A stretch of 32,000 nt of DNA from Dubosiella newyorkensis (GTDB lineage: Bacteria > Bacillota_I > Bacilli_A > Erysipelotrichales > Erysipelotrichaceae), in NCBI RefSeq assembly GCF_001945605.1, contig NZ_MPKA01000062.1:56936-88935 (forward strand), given 5' to 3'. Below are positions 25,633 through 32,000 of this stretch, one piece after another (position 1 is the stretch's first letter; each line of letters begins with the position of its first letter). A program made the translations under genes and the position numbers. The notes beneath the pieces were generated by a model that saw only the letters and a program-made list of their open reading frames with translations, was not told the DNA's origin and did no database searches.

Positions 25633-27750
25633 TTAGGAAACGAGTCTAGCTCGTACGGCGACTCGATGGACTCCATAAGGCGTGCAGGTAAATAAGGTCA
25701 GCCCATATTCGGAGTCGACCATTCGGTCGACTTCACTAGGCTCTAGGATTTCGACTTTCTCGATTTTGTATTGGTAGGAGGAGGTTGTGGTTTGAATCGT
25801 GATCGGATCGCCAAATCCTAGTTGTTGAATGCGTCCAAAATGGCTGTCGGCATTGTGGGCGCAAATCACAAGATGGTCTTCATCGCTCGCGTATAGGCAT
25901 GGGTATTGGTCCATCGCTTCTTGCGAATAGGTGGATAATACGGGGAGTTCGAGTGTGGGTATGAGCGGTTGTCCAAAAAAGCGGGGGTCGCTCTTTTGTT
26001 CTTGGTGGCGGTCGGTGATTTTGGCTTTGTTGGAGAGGGTCGCTTCGTTTTCTACTTGGGTTATGTTGGTGTATTGGATGTCGATTTTCGTTCCTTTGGG
26101 GAGGGGTTGTTTTCCTGTGATTTTAAAACTTTTGGTTTGTCCTCTTTCGTCGATGTCGGTCCATTCGAAGGTGAGTTGTTCGCTTGTAAAGCCGTTTGTG
26201 GTTGGTTGGTTGTTGGTCGTGTTGAATTTGGTTTGTATTTCTTTGATGAGGGCTTCTTTTTGTTGGTTGGTGTAGTGGGTGTTGCTTCCTCCTTCGAGTT
26301 GGTCGGTGATGGTCCAGTTTTTTGCGAGCGATCCTTGGTCAAGGTTGATTGTCAAAGTCCATTCTGTTTCATAGTTGTTGTCTTTGGTCAGTGTGATTTT
26401 GTTTCCTTGTTTTTTGAGGGGTTTGTAGGTGTGGGCTTCTTCGATGTAGACGCTTGTTTCTTGTTCGATCGTTTCTTCTCCTTTTTCTAGGATGGCTTTG
26501 TTTAGGGTTTGTTGGTTGTTGATGAGCACTTCGGGATCGGTCGTATAGGTGATTGTGTAGGTGTTGGTGTTGTTTTGTTCGAATGTGTGTGGGAGCGTGA
26601 TCGTGTCTTGTCCATCGAGGGCAGGTTCGATTTTGGCTTGTATTATTTTTTCTTCTTGGTTGAATTGGTCTTTGAGGGTGTATCCTTTCAAGTTTTCTTT
26701 GTCTTGGTTGAGCTGGATGGTCCAGGTGATCGTTCCGTCGTTGTTTCTTTTTCCTGTTTTTTCGAGGATGTTGCGGGTAAAGGTGATGACGGGTCCATAG
26801 ACGTTTATGGTTTGATTTCCGTTTTGGGTTTCTACTAAGTTTTGGATTTGGTTGGTTTCGTTGTTTTTTAGTGGGTCGCTTAAAACATTGTAGGTAATCG
26901 TGTATGTTTGGTTAGTTTCAAGGGCGGGCAATTGTAGTTGAAAGGTGTTGTTTTCGAAGGTAGGCGTGGCTTGGATGGTTTCATTGTCTTTTTTGATTGT
27001 AAAGGAGGTTTGGTCGTAGCTGGCTTTTCCTTCTTTGAGTGTGTCTACGATCGTGATCGGTTGTGTGTTTTCGTAGGCTTGGATGCGGATCGTGTATTGC
27101 GCGGTCGTTTCGTTTATTTTTTCTCCTTCTTTTTGAACGTAGAGTGTTCCTGTTTCTGGGTCTGGGTCTGGGTTTGTGTTTGGTTTGGTCAGTTGGTGTT
27201 TGATCGTATCGGTGAATGGGACGGTTTCTGTTTCTTGTCTGAGCTGGATTTCGCTTCCGTTCAATTCGAAGTTCAAAGAGCCGTAAATAGTTTTGGTTTG
27301 GTTTTCTGTTATAAGATTGTCATTATAAGTAAGGGTGATGTTTCCGTTAGTATCGATCGTATACGTTCCTACTTCTGTATTTCCAGATTTGATGGGTCCT
27401 GTTCTTTGGGTGTTTATCCGGAATTGGCTTGGAAGCGTATATAGGCATTGGGTTTTGTTTGTGTTGAGTGTTTGGGCGGGCAGTTCATAGTCGATCGTGA
27501 GTCGGTATGTGTTTTCGGGTTTGATTTCAATGGGTTGTTGGGAGTCTAGTGGTTCAAAGTTGGTGTCGTATTGGCGTTCGACTTCCCAAGAGATCGTGTT
27601 GATATGGCCATCTAAAGGATGAAGGGAGTTCTCTTCTGCGTATGTTTGTAGGGGCGAAAAGAGGGTGTAGGTTTGAAGCAAAATCACCACGATCCAAATG
27701 ATCGAGGTCTTGATCTTGCTGGCAAGACATGAATAGGATGGGTGATTCAT
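25633..27750 (-). CDS. Fusion protein: N-terminal signal/anchor, about 550-aa Cna/MSCRAMM-like (collagen-binding-type Ig fold) region, and a C-terminal sortase catalytic domain
   Basis: Start is at ATG 27750 (MNHPSYS..) with AAAGGA 6 nt upstream. The signal-like segment is 'KIKTSIIWIVVILLQTYTLFSPLQTYA|EENS'. Adhesin hallmarks are 'GTITWTIQLNQDKENLKGYTLKDQF' and 'TEWTLTINLDQGSLAKNWTITDQL'. The last 113 aa, 'LIPTLELPVLS..LVICAHNADSHFGRIQQLGFGDPI..GLTLFTCTPYGVHRVAVRARLVS', carry the sortase His / TLxTC Cys / Arg triad (Cys codon at 25684-25686). Confidence 0.8.
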   Translation of the reverse strand: MNHPSYSCLASKIKTSIIWIVVILLQTYTLFSPLQTYAEENSLHPLDGHINTISWEVERQYDTNFEPLDSQQPIEIKPENTYRLTIDYELPAQTLNTNKTQCLYTLPSQFRINTQRTGPIKSGNTEVGTYTIDTNGNITLTYNDNLITENQTKTIYGSLNFELNGSEIQLRQETETVPFTDTIKHQLTKPNTNPDPDPETGTLYVQKEGEKINETTAQYTIRIQAYENTQPITIVDTLKEGKASYDQTSFTIKKDNETIQATPTFENNTFQLQLPALETNQTYTITYNVLSDPLKNNETNQIQNLVETQNGNQTINVYGPVITFTRNILEKTGKRNNDGTITWTIQLNQDKENLKGYTLKDQFNQEEKIIQAKIEPALDGQDTITLPHTFEQNNTNTYTITYTTDPEVLINNQQTLNKAILEKGEETIEQETSVYIEEAHTYKPLKKQGNKITLTKDNNYETEWTLTINLDQGSLAKNWTITDQLEGGSNTHYTNQQKEALIKEIQTKFNTTNNQPTTNGFTSEQLTFEWTDIDERGQTKSFKITGKQPLPKGTKIDIQYTNITQVENEATLSNKAKITDRHQEQKSDPRFFGQPLIPTLELPVLSTYSQEAMDQYPCLYASDEDHLVICAHNADSHFGRIQQLGFGDPITIQTTTSSYQYKIEKVEILEPSEVDRMVDSEYGLTLFTCTPYGVHRVAVRARLVS

Positions 27751-27765
27751 AAAATTTCCTTTCAT

Positions 27766-27798
27766 AAAAAAAACTCGGAAAGACGCTGTCGTTCCGAG
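27766..27798 (-). terminator. Intrinsic terminator abutting the RBS of the adhesin-sortase gene (possible attenuator)
   Basis: Minus strand: CTCGGAA (27798-27792), an 11-nt loop, TTCCGAG (27780-27774), then T8 (27773-27766), followed directly by ATGAAAGGAAATTTTATG. Confidence 0.6.
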
Positions 27799-27877
27799 GG
27801 TGATGCTTATTCAACTGAGAGGTAAAGCAAAAATCCACATCGAACGACTTCTTCGTCATCTGTTTCGATAAGTATTT

Positions 27878-27909
27878 AAAAAGGCGAAACAGCTAGACCG
27901 GTGTTTCGC
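27878..27909 (-). terminator. Second minus-strand terminator hairpin upstream of the adhesin-sortase leader
   Basis: Perfect 8-bp stem gcgaaaca (27884-27891) / tgtttcgc (27902-27909). On the minus strand it is followed by cTTTTTaaa. Confidence 0.55.
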
Positions 27910-28177
27910 GAACGTATCCATTTGATTGATTCTCTTCCCTTTCTCATCAAACTTCTTATTCAAAACACACGATCTACGAATCGAGTTCTTTGTTCATTTT
28001 CATTGTATGCGTTTTCAATAAAAGTTCTACTCTAAACATAGTAATGATGTAACAATTACCATTCTTTCCTGTAAAATGACTTATTCGGACATATCTTCTC
28101 GATTTTTTATTGAATTTTTTGCGAATATGGAGCGATTTAAGAAGAAATTTGGATCATATTTTTTTATAAATTAGCGT

Positions 28178-28202
28178 AAAAAAAGATGCCAAATATGGCA
28201 TC
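28178..28202 (-). terminator. Terminator-like hairpin downstream of the AT-rich operon
   Basis: 7-bp stem gatgcca / tggcatc with a 4-nt loop. On the minus strand it is followed by T7 (28178-28184). Confidence 0.5.
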
Positions 28203-28513
28203 GTCTTGGTTTATTTTTCTAAAACGATTTATGGATCCTATTTGGATTTTTAATTCGTTTTTTTCTTCAAATCTAACCTTTTAGGTGGCTTTTTTGATTC
28301 TAAAATGAATCAAATGTATGAAACAATATAATACATTTTACCAATATATTTTGATAGTACGTTCAGTTTTAATTCAGTTGGTGATGATTGTTTATCTAGT
28401 TCGATCTATGTGGTTTGTTTTTCAGTCGTTTGGACCATGGACGCGTTGGAATGATCTTTTCCTTCATTCCCTTTTGTTCATTCTTTCATTTTTGTGCGTG
28501 AATGTTCATGATT

Positions 28514-28570
28514 CTTTTACCAACACTTTTTACCAACACTTTTTTTACCGCCATCTTTTACCACCACTTT
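28514..28570. repeat. Four tandem 13-15-bp iteron-like repeats (YTTTTACCRMCAY)
   Basis: cttttaccaacac / tttttaccaacac / tttttttaccgccat / cttttaccaccac, read directly from the sequence. The array lies in a noncoding-looking stretch downstream of the orphan operon. Confidence 0.7.
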
Positions 28571-28652
28571 TTTGATCGCTGATAAATATAAGAACAGTCT
28601 AATTCTCTTTCCAAAATCGCATCTAGTATTATATTCGTGTCATCTAAGACCT

Positions 28653-28976
28653 TCATAATTTCATAAGTCTTTCTTGCAGAGCCTCTTCTCCATAAATATT
28701 AGGAAACGCTCCAAATAAGGATTTCATATCTTTTACTCTTTCATCTTTTGACACTATTTCAGATAGAATCAATTTTGCTTCATTTTGATCTGAAAAGTTA
28801 AGCGTCCTCAATTTGTTAGCTTTTTCAGACTCAATCATCATTTCATCAAAAAAAAATTTGATGATTTCATCTCTACACGCAAACGATGAGAATGTATCCG
28901 ATAATTCTTCCGTAGAATGCTCGCCTCTCAACAACAATAAGAGGGCTAACTCTATTTCTACTTTGTTTTCCAGCAC
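28653..28976 (-). CDS. Hypothetical protein (107 aa), fourth gene of the AT-rich operon
   Basis: GTG start with AAAGGA 7 nt upstream, located 2 nt after the stop of the preceding small ORF. Acidic and helical-looking. No recognisable motif. Confidence 0.5.
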   Translation of the reverse strand: MLENKVEIELALLLLLRGEHSTEELSDTFSSFACRDEIIKFFFDEMMIESEKANKLRTLNFSDQNEAKLILSEIVSKDERVKDMKSLFGAFPNIYGEEALQERLMKL

Positions 28977-28978
28977 TT

Positions 28979-29134
28979 TTAAATCCTTTCCATCGATCTC
29001 TTGAAGTCGCTATTCGTGCGTACAGGATAAGGATTTGGAATTCGTTCAGCAAGAGTGTTCATAATTTTTTGAATTCGTTTGGTATCTTCAAAATTCTTCA
29101 AAACAAATCTTTCATCAAAACTCGATGCTGCCAT
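28979..29134 (-). CDS. Hypothetical small protein (51 aa, not in the ORF track), third gene of the AT-rich operon
   Basis: My own translation gives MAASSFDERFVLKNFEDTKRIQKIMNTLAERIPNPYPVRTNSDFKRSMERI. RBS AAGAGGAA lies 6 nt upstream of ATG 29134. Confidence 0.45.
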   Translation of the reverse strand: MAASSFDERFVLKNFEDTKRIQKIMNTLAERIPNPYPVRTNSDFKRSMERI

Positions 29135-29291
29135 AATTGATTCCTCTTTTCAAGTTGATTTTAGTATAATTTTATTATTATATTCAAACATTCCTCTCTT
29201 TTCAAGGTTCTAGAAACAGTAGAAATCTCTCAAGACTTAGAATAAATCAAAACATTTAAATCACGAATCAATAAAGTTGAAGTTTTATTCC

Positions 29292-29498
29292 TTATTTCTT
29301 TGCATATGAATTTCCAATTAATTGCGACAATCTTTGATCAACTTCCTGTATAGTCGTAATACGATTCAATGCTAAAAAAGGATCTCTTCTATCATTTTTA
29401 CCTTCTTTTTGATTCATTTTCTCTTCTATTGGAAGAGAATTAATTTCCTCTACAGAAAGCCCAGTAATTCTCTTGCTTATTTCATTTAATTTAAGCAT
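29292..29498 (-). CDS. Hypothetical small protein (68 aa), second gene of the AT-rich operon
   Basis: RBS AAGAGGAAA lies 7 nt upstream of the ATG, and the gene starts 24 nt after the stop of the HTH protein gene. No recognisable motif. Confidence 0.5.
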   Translation of the reverse strand: MLKLNEISKRITGLSVEEINSLPIEEKMNQKEGKNDRRDPFLALNRITTIQEVDQRLSQLIGNSYAKK

Positions 29499-29522
29499 TT
29501 TAATATTTCCTCTTTCTCTAAA

Positions 29523-30353
29523 TTATTTCTTCATATCGCTTTTATAAGATTTACAAACCATTTCTAGCAAGTGTTCTTCCAAAAGAACTTCGTCAATCAA
29601 TCGAAAATATATTTTTTGTAACTCATATTCAGTTACTTTTACTTTAAAATCATAAAAATCTTGATCTCCAAAATCATGGTCAATTGCTTTATTGACTAGT
29701 TTCATCACTTGTACTAGATTTTCTATAGGTTCTATACCATTTTCTTTAAAATCGTCTATTGAGCCATATTGATCATCTGTACCAATAGTATATTTTAAAG
29801 CCTGCTCGAAAGTTTCTTTATCTATACTACTTTTCAATCTGTCTAATTCTAAAGTCCGATGCTCCTTTAGAAAAATATTTTCCGCTTGTTCTTGTAACGA
29901 TAAAATAAACTCATGAAAGCAATTTGAAGTTATTAAAAATTTTAATGTTTTTGCCAATTCAGATTTTTTATATTTTGAGAATATTCCTATTTCACCAGAG
30001 GAAATACTTTTTATCTCTTTCGCTGTTTTTTCATCTATTCCTAGAAGCTGGCAAGCTTGTTCTAATTGAAACGTTTCGAAATTTGTTTCTCCTGTTAAAT
30101 AACCAACGGAAACGCCAAACATATCCGCAATCTTCACCATAGTTTCATATTTTGGAAATCCAATATCGTTATTTATACCTTCCTTATCTGGCTTTCGCAC
30201 TCGTAACCAACGACTTACATTAGCTTGTGTGCAATTCCCATATTTTTCTTTATATTCTTTTAAAAATGATTCCTGAGTATATCCCTTTTTCTTCATTAAG
30301 AGTTTTAACCTCGTTGTCCATATTTTGGCTTTTTCGTTTAATATATCATTCAT
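29523..30353 (-). CDS. XRE-type HTH protein with a C-terminal domain of about 170 aa of unknown function (276 aa)
   Basis: 'LKLLMKKKGYTQESFLKEY...CTQANVSRWLR...ETMVKIADMFGVSVGYLTGE' is an HTH_3-like module with an insertion. The remainder has no recognisable motif and no HEXXH. Confidence 0.6.
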   Translation of the reverse strand: MNDILNEKAKIWTTRLKLLMKKKGYTQESFLKEYKEKYGNCTQANVSRWLRVRKPDKEGINNDIGFPKYETMVKIADMFGVSVGYLTGETNFETFQLEQACQLLGIDEKTAKEIKSISSGEIGIFSKYKKSELAKTLKFLITSNCFHEFILSLQEQAENIFLKEHRTLELDRLKSSIDKETFEQALKYTIGTDDQYGSIDDFKENGIEPIENLVQVMKLVNKAIDHDFGDQDFYDFKVKVTEYELQKIYFRLIDEVLLEEHLLEMVCKSYKSDMKK

Positions 30354-30484
30354 AATATAAATTCTCCTTTAATTTTCATATTTTTATATATTTAATATTT
30401 CATTATTTTTATATTGTCATAGATCAGAATGTTTGTTAAGATGATGCCGTAAAAGTAAAACTCGCAGAAACAAAGGAGGTATAT

Positions 30485-30769
30485 ATGAACACAATAAATG
30501 ATTCAGGTGTAACTGCAACAATCTATAGTGAACCTAGTACTTTTAACTCCGTAGCTCTTACTATGATTACTGATGCTTTTCAATCTAATATCAAAAATAC
30601 CCAAGATACTTTAGAAATAAAAAAGAAATTAATTGAAAATGATCCAGATTTATCAACAAAGGAAAAGCTATATGAGTATGATAAAATTAATAAACAAGCT
30701 AATTCCGATAACTTTAAAACTTTATTTCTTATATTGGGTGCGGCCTACATAATAACATTATGTACATAA
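30485..30769 (+). CDS. Hypothetical tail-anchored small membrane protein (94 aa)
   Basis: Strong RBS AAGGAGG 6 nt upstream. It has a soluble N-terminal 75 aa and a single C-terminal TM, 'FKTLFLILGAAYIITLCT'. It is divergent from the HTH protein gene. Confidence 0.55.
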   Translation: MNTINDSGVTATIYSEPSTFNSVALTMITDAFQSNIKNTQDTLEIKKKLIENDPDLSTKEKLYEYDKINKQANSDNFKTLFLILGAAYIITLCT

Positions 30770-30804
30770 TATCCTGTTATATAAAGTAGTAAAAGAAATA
30801 AATA

Positions 30805-31205
30805 TAGAAAACGCTCATTTTTATGATTCTTCGGCCAGCATGGAATCCATCAACTATGATCCGGAAAGAAAATTGGATCGATCTCAAATGGAAGAACTGG
30901 CAACGAACAAATATCTCGAAAAAGGATTGAACGTGATCTTTGTCGGCGCCTCCGGATGCGGAAAGACCTGGCTGTCAAACGCATTGGGTGTTCACGCATG
31001 CAGAGATCGAAAAACGGTATTGTACATTCGCCTGCCAGAACTGTTCTCCAAATTCGAAGAAATGCGGATCCAAGGGAAATATAATGAATACCTGAAGAAA
31101 CTGGGAAAATACGATTTTGTCATCCTGGATGAATTTCTATTAAGATCCACAAGCGAAACAGAACGAAGCGATCTGCTAGAATTGATGGAAATCCGGTGCA
31201 ATGGG
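30805..31205 (+). pseudogene. istB: IS21-family istB (DnaC-like ATPase helper) remnant, truncated at both ends
   Basis: 'SINYDPERKLDRSQMEELATNKYLEKGLNVIFVGASGCGKTWLSNALGVHACRDRKTVLYIRLPELF...YDFVILDEFLL' shows the IstB Walker A and Walker B layout. About 55 N-terminal residues and the C-terminal third are missing. Similarity ends near 'MEIRCNG', where the IS3 element begins. Confidence 0.7.
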
Positions 31206-31303
31206 TTTAGTATAGGATGTGTGCACAATAAACATCTGAAAACGCAAGTGGTAGAATGTCATAAGAAGAACAATTTGAATTCCAGAATGAGGAGGAATGA
31301 AAA

Positions 31304-31591
31304 ATGGCAAAGCAATATGACAAAGAATTTAAGGAACAGGTGATCCAATACGTGCTCGATCATCCAGACCTTGCCTACACCCAGATCGCGCAACAGTTCG
31401 GAGTCCATGACACAACAATTGGAGGATGGGTAAAAAGCTATAAAGAGCATGACGATCAAGTCGTCGTAAGAGGATCCGGCAACTATGCCAGCGATGAAGC
31501 CAAAGAGATCGCCCATCTTAAAAAGCAGCTCAGAGATACCCAGGACGCGCTCAATGTATTAAAAAAAGCAATCAGTATACTCGGCAAGTAA
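31304..31591 (+). CDS. IS3-family transposase OrfA (HTH)
   Basis: 'MAKQYDKEFKEQVIQYVLDHPDLAYTQIAQQFGVHDTTIGGWVKSYKE...LKKQLRDTQDALNVLKKAISILGK' shows the typical HTH plus leucine-zipper organisation. RBS GGAGG. Confidence 0.9.
   Translation: MAKQYDKEFKEQVIQYVLDHPDLAYTQIAQQFGVHDTTIGGWVKSYKEHDDQVVVRGSGNYASDEAKEIAHLKKQLRDTQDALNVLKKAISILGK
31561..31568 (+). other. Programmed -1 ribosomal frameshift site (A AAA AAA G) joining orfA to orfB
   Basis: A7G lies in the orfA frame TTA AAA AAA GCA. The -1 frame continues open as KKSNQYTRQVTARLLYRSVQEYKEKHP... to the window end. Confidence 0.75.
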
Positions 31592-32000
31592 CGGCTCGTC
31601 TCCTCTATCGATCGGTCCAGGAATACAAAGAGAAACATCCCAAAGCATCGATAGCGGGTATACTGGCTATATTGGAGAAGAGCCCTTCCGGCTACTACAA
31701 GTATTTAAGATCAAAACCATCCAAGACAAAAGTCCGACGGGAAAAAACAAAAAAAGCAATCGTCAAGATCTACAACGATTCGCACCAGCTGTATGGCTCG
31801 CCCAAGATCGCAGAGATCCTGCACAAGAAAGGGATCCAAGGATGCCAGAAGTATGTCTATTCGATTATGAAAGAAGCCAATATCAAACCGAAATATCTGA
31901 AACACAAGATAAAAACGACCATATCTAAAGGGAATGATCGAAAACTTCACAATCTTCTGAAAAGACAATTCAATCCAAAAGATCCCGACAGTGTATGGTG
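31567..32000 (+). CDS. IS3-family transposase OrfB (N-terminal part; partial at the window edge)
   Basis: My own translation of the -1 frame gives '...ILAILEKSPSGYYKYLRSKPSKTKVRREKTKKAIVKIYNDSHQLYGSPKIAEILHKKGIQGCQKYVYSIMKEANIKPKY...NLLKRQFNPKDPDSVW'. This matches the HTH_21 region and the start of the rve region in IS3/IS150-group transposases. Confidence 0.85.

Larger units (their letters stand above)
31202..32000 (+). mobile_element. IS3-family insertion sequence (left part; runs off the window), inserted into the istB remnant
   Basis: orfA and orfB are arranged in the 0/-1 frames with an A7G slippery site. The left end is not precisely determined (TG... candidates at 31202 and 31217). 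Confidence 0.8.

Noticed and set aside
25931-27444. Several + strand ORFs (114-173 aa, G/V/F-rich) inside the adhesin-sortase gene, and the striking GT-richness of the + strand there
   Set aside because: These are a by-product of the Thr/Asn/Gln-rich coding strand (ACN/AAC/CAA codons). Its complement is GT-rich and stop-poor. The ORFs have no RBSs and give low-complexity translations.
28318-28575. An 85-aa + strand ORF with two hydrophobic segments
   Set aside because: It has no SD sequence. Its last ~20 codons are simply the iteron-like DNA repeats read in frame (TNTFYQHFFYRHLLPPLF). I treat the region as noncoding, though translation cannot be fully excluded.

Overview
This is a chromosomal segment of a low-GC Gram-positive bacterium (Bacillota-type RBSs, DegV, PTS, sortase and pfkA-pyk content). 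I cannot name the species from sequence alone.

Conserved backbone:
- a frameshifted larA-like gene
- two tandem DegV genes
- a MacB/FtsX-type ABC pair whose permease carries a very long coiled-coil ectodomain
- a minus-strand sugar operon (PTS EIIC, small membrane ORF, DUF871/MupG-like hydrolase, GntR/HutC regulator, DUF3284) with a readable promoter, cre and operator
- a ROK kinase, pfkA-pyk, a DUF5684 membrane protein, a cytidylate-kinase-like protein and bcp

Accessory DNA is interleaved with it:
1. About 8.2-14.5 kb: two XRE-type regulators (one with an RRNPP-like HTH+TPR architecture), an ABC exporter, a candidate 47-aa pro-peptide, an AT-rich secreted protein, a truncated ROK gene and a DinJ/YafQ toxin-antitoxin pair.
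2. About 24.3-25.6 kb: an Rpn/PD-(D/E)XK 'transposase' gene with a tandemly duplicated 3' end.
3. 25.6-27.8 kb: a 705-aa ORF that fuses a Cna/MSCRAMM-like adhesin stalk to a C-terminal sortase catalytic domain. This is my top candidate for something undescribed.
4. 27.9-30.8 kb: an AT-rich orphan operon of an HTH protein plus three small proteins, with a divergent tail-anchored protein and iteron-like repeats.
5. 30.8-32.0 kb: nested IS debris, with an IS3-family element inserted into an IS21 istB remnant.

At window scale, GATC is strongly over-represented in the backbone and almost absent from the AT-rich inserts.

All family calls rest on motif recognition by eye. No searches were run.
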